Source of the DNA: Chiloscyllium plagiosum
Lineage: Eukaryota
Direction of reading: 5' to 3'
NCBI RefSeq assembly: GCF_004010195.1
Contig: NC_057752.1
Coordinates: 8,142,317 to 8,206,316 of the forward strand
Length of the DNA stretch: 64,000 nt
Shown: positions 51,828 to 64,000 of the stretch, piece by piece
How the letters are laid out: each line of letters opens with the position of its first letter
How positions within the stretch are numbered: position 1 is the first letter of the stretch
Made by a program: the position numbers and the translations under genes
The notes under the pieces: generated by a model
The model's input: the letters and a program-made list of their open reading frames with translations, nothing else
Databases searched by the model: none
Told to the model about the DNA's origin: nothing

Positions 51828-54098
51828 CTCCTGTTCCCTGGATGCTGCCTGACCTGCTGTGCTGTTCCAGCAATAAAGTTTCAACTTTGGTGGCTTACAA
51901 AAGGTGAATAAGGCAAAGGTGTTGGAATTGGCAGACAAGCTGGAGTTAGAGTTACCTTCATCCATGAGAAAAGGACAGATAATTACAGCAACAGCTCGGC
52001 ATTTAAACTTGCTAGAAATGCCATCAGAATCTTTGGCTAAAATTCAATTGAAAATGAAGCAGCTTGAGTTAGAGGCAAAAGAAAGAGAAAAAAATGAAAC
52101 AGTTTGAATTACGATTAAAAACTGAGCAAAAAGAAAAGGACAAAAATCACTTGAGGAGAACAGAAAGAAAAGGAGAGAGAAGAAAGGGAGAAAAAGAGAC
52201 AGTTTGAACTTCAGAAATTGGCACTTAGACAGGAAAGTTGGCATAAAAGAATGGAGATGAAGGCAGAAGGTAAGATTAGTGAGGAAGATATTGAGGATGA
52301 ACAAATCCATGGTTGCCAAAGGCCTGATGGGGATCTGTTTAAATATATTCAAACTTTGCCTAAATTTGATGAGAAAGACGTGGAAACCTTTTTCATCTCA
52401 TTTGAGAAGGTGGCTAAACAAATGTAGTGGCCAGTGACCATGTGGGTTTTTATTGATCCAGACAAAACATGTAGGTAGAGCTAGTGAGGTATTCGCATCA
52501 CTATCAGAGGAGGTATCTGGGGAGTATGAGGAGGTGAAAAAAGCCACCTTAAGTGCTTATGAGCTTGTACCAGAAACCTACAGATGTTTCAGGAATATAA
52601 GGAGGGACTCTAGTCAACCCTATATTGAGTTTGAAAGGATCAAACAAAGTAATTTTGATAGGTGGATAAGGGCATTAAGAATAGAGCAAACATATGACAC
52701 TCTTAGAGAGACAATTATTTTGGAGGGGTTCAAAAATTCACTTCCTGAAGTAGTGAGAACTCCTGTGGAAGAGCAGGGAGTTAAAACAGCAAGGTTAGCA
52801 GCTAAAATGGCTGATGATTATGAGTTGGTCATAAATCAAAGTTTGGCTTCCAACATCAATTTCAATCTGCGAGGAATAGGAAATGGGGAAAAGAGAAATC
52901 CTCACATGGAAAGGGAAAGGTAGATCTCAGTGAAGATCATAAGGATAACTTACCACAGGGTAAAAACGAAACCCATGAAGGGGAAAGAGAAATGTTATCA
53001 CTGTAATAAAGTAGCCTACATGAAATCACAGTGTTGATGGGTTAGAAAAAGCACTGGGAAGATGGATACCGGAAAGCAGGATAAGCCAGTGAATTTTGTT
53101 GGAATGATAACAAAAAGCACAGTGTAGGGTAGAAAACTGCACCAGACTGTACTGGTCGGAGGTTGGTTAAGGAGGAAGTGCCAGATCTTCCAAAATCATT
53201 TACGTGCGAAGGTAAAGTTTACTCGTATCGGCCAGGAGCAGCAGGTAAGGAGGTTACAATATTAAGAGACAGCGAATCATGTCAATCTATGATGTTGACA
53301 GATGAGGAGGTATGTAACTTGGAAGGACAATTGCCAGAAAAAGTGCTAGTATGTGGAAATCACCGTGAGACAAGAAGTGCTCAGTTATGTAAAGTGAGGT
53401 TAAAGTGTCCAATGAAAACTGGAGTAGTGGTGGTAGGCGTACTGGAAGAACTCTCAGCTCCAGGGATACAATTTGTCCTTGCTAATGATATAGCTGGCTC
53501 ACAGGTAGGAATAATGCCTTCCGTGGTTGAAACGCCAGTGGATAATCAGGCAATTGAGATATTACAAGAAGCATATCCTGGGACTGTGTGGTAACGAGGT
53601 CACAAAGTCACCAGTTGAAACAGGAGGAGAAATCAAAGAGTACAGATAAGAGAGTTGAAGTAGAATTATCAGAGACCATGTTTGATCAAATGATTGAGAA
53701 AAGACAGGAACAGGTGGAGGACAATGTGGATATCTTTAGCTCAGAGAAATTAACAGATTTACAACAGAAAGATGAAAAACTGAAGCAATTGTATCAAAAA
53801 GCATACACGGAAGTAGAATCTGAGTGTATCCCAGAATGCTACTATCTTAAAAATTTCCTTAATGAGGAAATGGAGATCATCACATATTCATGGCCAATGA
53901 GAAATGGGCAGAAGTTCATCAAGTTATATTACCAGTGGGTTATAGAAAGGATGAGTTGTGGGTAGCATATGAACTCTCAGTAGGTCATTTAGTTCTAAAA
54001 AGAACTCAAGCTAAAATACAAAAACATTTTTACTGGCCTGGACTGCATAAGGATGTAGTTGAATTTTGCCAGACATACCATACATGTCAGGTAATTGT

Positions 54099-54463
54099 CA
54101 AGAGTGTGGTGCTGGAAAAGCACAGCAGATCAGGCAGCATCAGAGGAGCAGGAGAATCAATGTTTCAGGCATAAGCCCTTCATCAGGAATGAGGCTTGTG
54201 GGCTGCGCGGGCTGAGAGATAAATGGAAGGGGGGGAGGGGCTGGAGGGGAAGGTAGCTGAGAATGAAATAGGTAGATGAAGGTGGTGCACAAGGTGATAG
54301 GTCAGAGAGGAAGGTGGAGTGGATGGATAGGAAAGACGATTGACAGGTCAAGAGGGCAGTGCCGAATTGGAAGGTTGGGACTGGGATAAGGATGGGTGAG
54401 GGGAAATGGGGAAACTGGTGAAATCCACATTATCCCTCTTGGTTGCAGGATCCCAAGGCGGAA
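54099..54463 (-). mobile_element. PLE family A 3' fragment inserted in the Gypsy integrase
   Basis: IFRLGILQPRGI tail and terminal repeat; taattg on both flanks. Confidence 0.85.
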
Positions 54464-54510
54464 GATAATTGGAAAACCACAGGCAGTAATAAAAACCACA
54501 TCTTTAACCC

Positions 54511-54743
54511 GCACATTCTCCCTGTGTCTGCGTGGGTTTCCTCCGGGTGCTCCGGTTTCCTCCCACACTCCAAAAATGTGCAGGTTAGGTGAATTGGCCA
54601 TGCTAAATTGCCCGTAGTGTTAGGTGAAGGGGTAAATGTAGGGGAATGGGTCTGCCTGGGTTGCGCTTCGGCGGGTCGGTGTGGACTTGTTGGGCCGAAG
54701 GGCCTGCTTCCACATCGTAAGTAATCTAATCTAATCTAATCTA
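54511..54743 (+). mobile_element. HE1-type SINE, 5' truncated, in the Gypsy integrase
   Basis: V-domain plus (taatc)n tail. Confidence 0.9.
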
Positions 54744-57649
54744 TTCTTTAATACTTAGTCCTGAATTTGAGGAACCTTTAACAAGCATCTTAATTGATTG
54801 TGTAGGACCCCTACCTAAAACAAAAAGTGGGAATCAGTATTTGTTAACAATAATGGATGTGTCCACTATATTTCCAGAGGCCATTCCATTATGCAATATC
54901 ACAGCTAAAAGGATTGTAGAGGAATTACTCAAATTTTTCACAAGATATGGATTACCCACAGAGATACAATCAGGTCAAGGGTCAAAGTTTACATTAAAAT
55001 TATTCAAGGAAGTTATGGACAGCTTAGGAATAAAACACTTCAAATCCACTGCGTACCATCCAGAGTTGCAGGAAATGCTCGAAAGGTGGCATCAGATGAT
55101 AAAAACAATGTTGAGGGCTTATAGATGATTAGGATAAAAGAATTCAGTCTGTACTTTTTGCCGTTAGAGATGAACCAGATGAATTGACTAAATTCAGTCC
55201 ATTTGAATTAGCTTTTGGGCACGAAGTGAGAGGACTATTAAAATTGATTAAGGAGAAATTGGTGAGTAAGAATTCAGAAACCACAGATTTGGATTATGTG
55301 TCAAATTTTAGGGAATGTTTTTAAATAGAGCAGGGAGTTGGCTAGACAGCATTTAAAAGTATCACAGCATATGATGAACAGGAAGCAGACAAGAAATCAA
55401 AAACTCGCAATTTTGCTATTGGAGATAAAGTGTTAGTGTTATTTCCAATGATAGGTGAACCTTTAAAAGCAAAGTTTAGTGGACCTTATCAAATCAAAAG
55501 GAGACTAAATGGGGTGAATTATTTGCTAAGGACTCCAGACAGAAAGAAATCTCACAGAGTGTGTCGTATGAATATGATAAGGGAAGGAAAGCAAAAGGAG
55601 AATGTGTTACTGGTTACAACATTGAGAGAAGAACCAAGTTCAGAGGATTCTGAACTAGACATTCCTCAAATCAAATTGGACAATGAGGAAGTTGTCAAAA
55701 ATTGGGATAACTTATTGAGTTACCTTCCAGAGGAAAATTGAAATCACATGGGGAGATATGTGGAAATAAGCTGGGAAGTACTAATTTAAATATGCATGAT
55801 GTAGATATAGGAATTGCTGTTCTAATTAAGCAATTTCCATATAGACTGCACCCTCTAAAGTTGGCACAGGTTCAAAAGGAGGTTGAATGCATGCTTCAAG
55901 ACAACATAATCAAATCGCAATGACTGCAGCTCACCCATAGTAACAGTGCCAAAACCAGATGGCACCCAACAGTTTTGTGTGACTATCGCAAAGCCAGTGC
56001 AGTTACTAAGTCTGATTCAAATCTGATTCCACATTTGGAAGACCATACTGAAAAGGTGGGACAAGCCACTTTTATTTCTAAGTTGGACTCACTCAGAGGA
56101 TATTGGCAGGTACCTTTATCCGAAAGAGCAAAGGCAATTTCGACTTTCATAATACTTAATGGACTGTATCAATTTAAAGTCATGCCATTTGGTATGAAAT
56201 AAAGTCATTTCTGGATAACCCAATTGTGTGGTTTACATCGATGACCTGGTGAGTTTTAGTCACACACGGAAGGAACATTTACAACACTTAACAGAATTAT
56301 TTGATCAACTTCAAGAGGTAGGCTTGGTGATAACCCTGGCTAAAAGTGAATTTGCCAAGGCCCAAGTCACCTTCCTGGGCCATTTTATCAGACATGGACA
56401 GATGGCCCCACAGACTGTAAAAACAAAAGGTAATTGGAGAGTTTCCCATACCATCGATGAAGAGAGCAGTACTACAATTCCGGGGATTGGGTGGGTTTTA
56501 TTGGAAATTCGTACTGAATTTTAGCAGCATGGCTACTCCACTCACTGAATTACTAAAGAAAGGCAGGAAGTTTCAGTGGATGGCAGGCTGTCAGAAGTCA
56601 TTTGACAGCCTGAAAGCTGTGTTAATCACTACCTCAGTATTAGCCACACCTAATTACGCAAAGCCATTCAAGGTGGCTATCGATGCAAGTGATGTGGGTA
56701 TTGGTGCCGTACTCTCACAAGAAGAGGACGAGAAGATAGAAAGACTATTGGATATTCCTCCTGGAAACTGAACATTCATCAGCAGAAATATTCGACAATT
56801 GAGAAGCAGACTTTGAGCCTGGTGTTGGTGTGACAACATTTCAACATTTGTGTTGCCAATAATGTGTCTGAGACAATCATATATACTTTTCATAACCCAT
56901 TCAAGTTTTTGAAGAAATTTAAGGACAAAAATTCCAGTCAGTTTAGATGGAGCTTTTTATTGCAGCCATTCAATTTGAAAATTGTAATGTGGCAGGGCGA
57001 GAAAATGTTATTGGTGACACATTGTCAAGACTTGGATCAGAAATGGAGGTATTCGATGGCAGGAGTGAACAGACTGAAATAGAATGTAGTAGTGCATGTT
57101 CTAGTCAATGTAATATATATGTATTGTAATGTACTAACACTGTAAGAGTAAAGGGTTTTAAAATGAAGCCATCTTTGTGTATTGATGATTCATTTTTTTA
57201 AGGGGGGGGGGGTGATGCTGCCCTTTAATAAGGTTATGTTGTCCTTGGGTTTTTTTCATAAGGGATCATAAATGTGGAGGTTCCAATATGTCTGGAAATG
57301 GCTACATGAAAACAATGGTGGGGAGTGACCAGTTCTCCCAGTTCAGGTTTTTTTTCTAGTTTGGTTTATTTTTAGCAAGCAGTCAAAAACTGCTGGGGAC
57401 CTAGAAAAGCAGCTACAGTGAAAAGAGGTTCCATGCTTCAACAGAGGTCTTGCCTGAAATTTCTCTCTGAATTCTCTCCTGCCTGAGTTTGAATTTACCA
57501 TTTGCCAAGGGGTGTGTTTATGGGATGTTGCAGGGATTGGAATAGCTCCTTCATTGATTTATGATAGAGTCGGTTGGGTTATCAAATATGTTAAGTTCTA
57601 AATTCTATTTTCTTTTGTTGGTGTTTCATTTGTAGCGTTTAAATAAATT

Positions 57650-59147
57650 ATGCCGTAGTTGTGGGTAAGTTCGCTGAGCTGGGAAGTTGATTTGCAGACA
57701 TTTCATCCCCTGCATGGTTGACATCGTTTGGAGCCTCTTGTGAGGCGCTGCTGTACTGTGTCTTCTGGAGTTTATTTAGTTCCATTCTTGCTGCTTCCGG
57801 TTGCCGGTTCTGGTAGTTCATTATAGTGGCCAGTATATTGGGTCCTGGTCTATGTGTTTGTTGATGGAGTCCTTGGATGAGTGCCATGCTTCTAGAAACT
57901 CTCTGGCTGTCCTATGTTTAGCTTTTCCTATGTTCATTGTTTTCTCTCAGTCGAGTTTGTGGTCCTTGTCATCTGTGTGTATGGCTACTCAGGACAGCTG
58001 GTCGTGGCATTTAGTGGCTAGTTGGTGTTCATGGATGCAGATTGCTAATTGTCTGCTGTTTGTTCTATATAGTGTTTCATGCAGTCTTTGCATGGAATCT
58101 TGTAAATTATGTTAGTCTTACACATGATGGGTATAGGATCCTTTGTTCTGGTGAGTTGTTGTTTGTCGATTTATGGGCTGTCATAAATCCGAGTGGTGGG
58201 AGACTCTAGCCAGAGAAACAATAGTCAACCTCCTGGACAATCAAAACAAACGATATGACAAGAACCTATCAACAACAACTGCACACTCAAACTACTGGAC
58301 CTGTGCTTAACAATACACGTCACATTCAACAGCCAGATATATGAACAGATATTAACATATATGAGATTTTTTTTTATCTAAGGTAGCGTGGCTAGTGTGT
58401 GGTGATGTGGCATGTCCTCGTCCGGTTGTTTGCTAGGCATCTAAGGATGAAGTTGCAGGGGTATCCATTCTTGGTGTAGAGGTGTTCTTCTTCCTTTCTC
58501 AGGTCAGAAGTGCTGTAGTATGTTGTAGCCCTTTTTAACAGGGTCCTAATGCAGCTTCTCTTGTGTGTGCTCGGGTGGTTGCTGTTGTAGTTCAGGAGCT
58601 GGTCTGTGTGTTTGGCTTTTCTGTACACTTTTGTGGTGCATTCACCGTTCTGTGTTCTTTCTACTAATTTAGGATTGAGATGAGGAGAAATTCCTCGTCT
58701 AGTCTTCGCATCGCTGCTTCTGCTATGAGCCTGAAGATGGGTGAGCCCATCCGTGTCCCATTGATCTCTTCATATATCTGGCTGTTGAATGTGACGTGTA
58801 TTGTTAAGCACAGGTCCAGTAGTTTGAGTGTGCAGGTGTTGTTAATAGGTTCTAGTTATGTCGTTTGTTTTGTTTGTCCAGGAAGTTGGCTATTGTCTCT
58901 CTGGCTAGAGCTTTGTCAATTGATTCATCCTTGTCTACATTTATGTTCTTGATGATCCTGGAAGCAGCAGGAATGGAACCAAATAAATTCCAGAAGACAC
59001 AGTAGAGCAGCGCTTCACAGGAGGCTCCAAAGCACTGAAGATGTCACTAGACAGGGGATGAAATGTCTGCAAATCAACATCCCAACTTGGTGATCATAAC
59101 CATAACCACGACAACTGGCACCCGAGCTACAACTCTTTATGCAAACC
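57650..59147. mobile_element. Rearranged Penelope-like element (family D) with inverted ends, inserted in the Gypsy LTR
   Basis: YRKAKHTDQLLNYNSNHP and NGTRMGSP on the minus strand. 57660-57800 is inverted at 58960-59105. taaataRatt on both flanks. Hammerhead-like gca CTGAAGA t gtcac..gggat GAAAT GTC tgc at 59032-59070. Confidence 0.85.
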
Positions 59148-59304
59148 TTAAATAGATTCTGTTTTATTTAAAGCTGCGTGTTTGACTAGCTACATCACTT
59201 CTGGAATATCCACTTTATATCTGCCTAAAAAAAGCATAAAAAGTTAGGGTCTGGGCTACCTTCTTAAAACCTTTTGAGGAGGTCTGGCCTGGTCCATAAC
59301 AATA

Positions 59305-60000
59305 TGAAACTCAGAAGCATTGGAGACTGTGAGGAGGACAGTGAAGAACTCCAAAATGATATTGACAAGTTGGTAGACTGGGCATGGGGTGGTAGATGAA
59401 GTTCAATGTGGAGACGTGTGTGTTAATGCATTTTAGTAGGAAGAACATGGATAGACAATATAAAATAAGAGGTACAATACCTAAAGGGGTCAGAAGCAGA
59501 GGGATCTAGGTATATATATGCATAGATTACAAAAGGTGGCAAGAGAGTGGGAGAGAGCAGTTATTAAAGGATATAATATCCTGGAACGTATTAATAGAGA
59601 CACAGATTACAAAAGCAAATGGGTTATGCTGAACTCTATGAGAAACTTGTTAGATGTCAGCTGGAGTACTGTGTAGAGTTCTGGACATCACATTATAGGA
59701 TGGGTGTGAATGCATTGGAGAGACTACGGAAGAGATTTGCAAAAACTTATTCCAGGGAGGACAGATTGAAGAATTTTGAACTGTTCTCCAGGGAGAGAAG
59801 AATGTTAAGTGGAGATCTGATAGAAGCCTTCAAAATCATGAATGGTCTTGATAGAGTAGATTGGGAGAAATTGTTACTACTCATAAAAGATCGAGTATGA
59901 AAGGGCACAGATTTAAAGTGATTTACAAACATAGCAAATGCAACGTAAGAAAAAACCCTTTTCACACAAGTGATTCAGGTTTGGAATTCGCTGCTTAAAA
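59305..60000 (+). mobile_element. CR1-type LINE 3' part
   Basis: QLEYCVEFWTSHY...GDLIEAFKIMNGLDRVD. Confidence 0.85.
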
Positions 60001-60464
60001 GGCTTCTTTGAAGTCATAGGACTGGGGATAATTGCTTACTTTGCTGGGTCTGTTTTGAAGAGTGACCGGATTGGAAAGGTGCTCATTTTATCTGGTTCAA
60101 TCAGAGGGAATCCTACTAAGAACAAGCCTGAGTTGGAAGGAAGCTTACCGAGAACAAATTACCCCCTGGTGTCTTCTCAATTCTGAAAAGAAAACCCACT
60201 GGTTGAGTGGGTTTATCCTTTTGAAAGAGTGATTGAAAAAACATCTCAAGATTTTATTTCCACAAGAGACAATCATGCATGTTTGTCTATATGTGCCAGA
60301 CTCCCAAACATAATTATGCCTAATACATTTACTTTCAAGAATAACCATGGGTCAAAGTGTTTTTTTTTCAGAAAGCCAATCTCTGCAGAGAAATGTGTAA
60401 TGTTTTCTCTTTTTTCCAAAAAGTGTATGTGTTTGTTTGCATATGTGTGTTGAGGTTATTGTTC

Positions 60465-60982
60465 ATGAGATCATAAGAAATTGGAAGAGGGGGCCCCTCA
60501 ATTCTGCTGTGCCATTCAATGGCTGATCTGATATTCTTCACATTTAATTTTCTGCCCTTTCCTCATGACCCTTGATTCCCCAGCTGATCAAGAATTTATC
60601 TCAATCTTAAATAGACACAAGAATTCTACCCCTGGCTCTCTGAGGCAAGGAGTTCCAAAGGCTCTCAACCCTCAGAAGAAATGCTTCCTCATCTCAATCT
60701 CAAATTGGTGCCCCTTTATTCTGAAACTATGCCTTCTGGTCTTAGACTCTCCCATGAGGGGACACATCCTCTCAGCATTTACTTTGTCAAGCTCTTTAAG
60801 AATCTTTTATGTTTCAATAAGATCACCGCTCATTCTTCTAAATTCCAATGAGTCTCAACTTGTTTAGCCTTTGCTCATAAGACAATCCTTTCATACCAGG
60901 GATCATCCTAGTCAACCTTTTGCCAGCACTTGGCCCATATCCCTCTAAACCCTTCCTATTCATATACCCATCCAAATTCCTT
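60465..60982 (-). mobile_element. CR1-type 3' fragments
   Basis: ctcattcttctaaattccaatgag is shared with the CR1 copies at about 13525 and 35564. Confidence 0.75.
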
Positions 60983-61289
60983 TTAAATGAACATCAACAG
61001 ATGCCTAAGGGAAAGACAACGGAACGAGGACATGCCACAACCCAAAGGACTAGCCACACTACCATACATCAAGAGCATTTCCGAACTGACAGCCAGACTA
61101 CTGCGACCACTAGGACTCATAACAGCACACAAACCAACAGCCACTCTCAGACAACAACTCACCAGAACGAAGGACCCCAATACCCAGCATGAGCAAAACC
61201 AATGTAGTGTACAAAATCATATGCAAGGACTACACAAAACACTACATAGGACAAACAGGAAAACAGCTAACAATCCGCATACATGAACA
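60983..61289 (+). mobile_element. Penelope-like element GIY-YIG fragment running into the gap
   Basis: LPYIKSISELTARLLRP and NVVYKIICKDYTKHYIGQTGKQLTIRIHE. Confidence 0.9.
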
Positions 61290-61804
61290 NNNNNNNNNNN
61301 NNNNNNNNNNNNNNNNNNNNNNNNNNNNNNNNNNNNNNNNNNNNNNNNNNNNNNNNNNNNNNNNNNNNNNNNNNNNNNNNNNNNNNNNNNNNNNNNNNNN
61401 NNNNNNNNNNNNNNNNNNNNNNNNNNNNNNNNNNNNNNNNNNNNNNNNNNNNNNNNNNNNNNNNNNNNNNNNNNNNNNNNNNNNNNNNNNNNNNNNNNNN
61501 NNNNNNNNNNNNNNNNNNNNNNNNNNNNNNNNNNNNNNNNNNNNNNNNNNNNNNNNNNNNNNNNNNNNNNNNNNNNNNNNNNNNNNNNNNNNNNNNNNNN
61601 NNNNNNNNNNNNNNNNNNNNNNNNNNNNNNNNNNNNNNNNNNNNNNNNNNNNNNNNNNNNNNNNNNNNNNNNNNNNNNNNNNNNNNNNNNNNNNNNNNNN
61701 NNNNNNNNNNNNNNNNNNNNNNNNNNNNNNNNNNNNNNNNNNNNNNNNNNNNNNNNNNNNNNNNNNNNNNNNNNNNNNNNNNNNNNNNNNNNNNNNNNNN
61801 NNNN
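61290..61804. other. Assembly gap (515 N)
   Basis: Run of n. Confidence 1.
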
Positions 61805-64000
61805 TCCTGTACTCAATACTCTGACCAATAAAGGAAAGCATACCAAACGCCTTCTTCACTATCCTATCTACCAGCGACTCCACTTTCAAGGAGCTATGAA
61901 CCTGCACTCCAAGGTCTCTTTGTTCAGCAACACTCCCTAGGACCTTACCATTAAGTGTATAAGTCCTGCTAAGATTTGCTTTCCCAAAATGCAGCACCTC
62001 GCATTTATCTGAATTAAACTCCATCTGCCACTCCTCAGCCCATTGGCCCATCTGGTCAAGATCCTGTTGTAATCTGAGGTAACCCTCTTTTCTGAAGGCT
62101 TCCCATTTTCCAGCCATTCCTTTACCTGCCAACATCTGCCCCCAATCAGCTTTTGAAATTTCTTGCCTAATACTGTCAAAATTAGCCTTCCTCCAATTTA
62201 GAACTTCAATGTTTAGATCTGGTCTGTCCTTTTCCAAAACTATTTTAAAATGAATAGAATTATGGTTGCTTGCCCCAAAGTGCTCCCCCACTGACACCTC
62301 AGTCACCTGCCCTGCCTTATTTCCCAAGAGTAGGTCAAGTTTTGCACCTTCTCTAGTAGGTACATCCACATACTGAATCAGAAAATTGTCTTGCACACAC
62401 TTAACAAATTCCTCTCCATCTAACTCCTTAACACTATGGCACTCCCAGTCTATGTTTGGAAAGTTAAAATTCCCTACCATAATCACCAATTTTGTTTCTC
62501 AATTTCCCTCTGACTATTAGGGATTCTATAATACAACCTCAATAATGTGATCATCCCTTTCTTATTTCTCAGTTCCACCCAAATAACTTTCCTGGATGTA
62601 TTCCCAGGAATATCCTCCCTAAGTATAGCTGTAATGCTATCCCTTATCAAAAATGTCACTCCCCTTCCTCTCTTGTCCCCCCTTTCAATCCTTCCTGTAA
62701 CATTTGTATCCTGGAACATTAAGCTGCCAGTCCTGCCTATCCCTGAGCCATGTCCTTGTAATTGCTATGATATCCCAGTCCCATGTTCCTCACCTGCCTT
62801 CCCTGTAAGGCCTCTTGCATTGAAGTAAATGCAGTTTAATTTATCAGTCCTACCTCGTTCTCTGCTTTGTTCCTGCCTGCCGTGACTGTTTGACTCGCCC
62901 CTTTTCCTAACTGTACCAGTCTCAGATTGATCTTTTTCCTCACTATTTCCCTGGGTCCCACTCCCCCACCTTACTAGTTTAAATCCTTCTGAGCAGCTCT
63001 AGCAAATCTCCCTGCCTGTATATTAGTCCCCTTCCAATTTAGGTGCAATCCATCCTTCTTGTACAGGTAACCTCTAATCCAGAAGAGATTCAAATGATCT
63101 AAAACCGAGAACCCCTCTCCCAGCACCAGCTCCTCAGCCATGTGTTCATCTGCTCTATATCCTCATAATCCTACCTTCACTAGCTCGTAGCACCGAGAGC
63201 AATCCAGATATTACTACCCTCGAAGACCACCATTTTAAATTACTGCCTAACTTTCTATATTCTTCAGGATCTCAACCTTTTCCCTTCCTATGTTGGCTCC
63301 AATGTATACAATGACCTCCTGCTGGTCCCTCTCCCCCTTGAAAATATTCCACACCTTCTCTGAGATATTCTTGATCCTCACACCAGGAAGTCAACACACT
63401 GCTCTGATTTTTCGCTGCTGGCCACAGAAACATCTGTCTGTGCCTCTGACTAGAGACTCTCCTATCACAATCGATCGCTTGGAACCCGACGTACCCCTCA
63501 TTTCATTAGAGCCTGTTTTGATACCAGAAACTTGGCTGTTCGTGTTACATTCCCTGAGAGTCCATCACCCCCTACATTTCCCAAAACAGCATACTTGTTT
63601 GAAATGGGGATAGCCACAGAAGACTCCTGCACTACCTGTCTACCTCTCCTACCTTTCCTGGAGTTAACCCATCTATCTGACTGTATCTGCAGCTTTTCTC
63701 CCTTCCTATAACTGCCATGCATCATACCCCCTTGCTCTTGTAAATTCCCCATTACCTTTAACTGTCGCTCCAACGGATCCATTTGATCTGATAGGATTCG
63801 CAACCAAAGACACTTCCTGCAAACATAGTGCTCCCTAAACTCCCACATGTAAACACTCCCTAAACTCCCACATCTGACAAGATGAGCATATCACTCTACT
63901 AAAGGCCATCTTTGCTCCTTCACAATCTGCAGACCCAGAAAATTGCACCGTCATATTTCTCTTAAAAAGAAAACACCGCTCCAGGCTTACTTAACACTTA
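61805..64000 (-). mobile_element. CR1 LINE with ORF1, endonuclease and an internal deletion of the RT core
   Basis: ORF1 YVCRKC...IPISNKYAVL. ORF2 VGNFNFPNIDW...WEAFR is joined to EGYLRLQQDLDQMGQWAEEWQMEFN at about 62090. Confidence 0.9.

Larger units (their letters stand above)
51888..59301 (+). mobile_element. Decayed Gypsy LTR retrotransposon with Gmr1-type order gag-PR-IN-RT-RH and an interrupted 3' LTR
   Basis: gag LPKFDEKDVETFFISFEKVA and CYHCNK; PR ILRDS (53260); IN HFYWPGLHKDVVEFCQT, IDCVGPLP, SGPY (53890-55500); RT GYWQVPL, MPFG, YIDD (56000-56300); RH DASDVGIG. PPT at 57200-57212, then TG at 57213 and CA at 59300-59301. Confidence 0.92.

Noticed and set aside
60040..60460. LTR-like sequence (also about 41040-41500)
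   Set aside because: No partner LTR, PBS/PPT or TSD could be established.
61189..61846. Long ORFs spanning X runs
   Set aside because: Artefacts of the N gap.
63830..63873. Short direct repeat ctccctaaactcccacat (twice)
   Set aside because: Ordinary local duplication inside a dead CR1 ORF1.

Overview
AT-rich, repeat-dense vertebrate DNA. HE1/V-SINEs and the CR1 and Penelope families point to a shark-type cartilaginous fish (inference). The one intact host gene is a single-coding-exon ZC3H10-like CCCH zinc-finger gene (5871-6524, minus strand). It has only two fingers and a short (MTP)n tail. A decayed DNA-level paralog sharing the same finger deletion lies at about 28137-28404. Most of the rest is nested transposable elements: many CR1 LINEs, SINEs, two decayed Gypsy elements (one with the integrase-before-RT Gmr1 order), a Tigger-like fragment, and about five Penelope-like element (PLE) families. 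Every PLE family end carries a minimal hammerhead-ribozyme motif (CTGANGA-N-stemII-GAAA-CG/GC-TH). Four copies have intact cores. Several PLE insertions are tiny target-site-duplicated units or palindromes whose boundary or inversion centre sits just 5' of the ribozyme. Other notable features are a near-identical 1.9-kb duplication (8047-10158 vs 41505-43380, possibly an assembly artefact), a 141-bp direct repeat flanking a CR1, a perfect 38-bp-arm palindrome, and a 515-N gap. Repeat boundaries are by eye and approximate; no searches were run.
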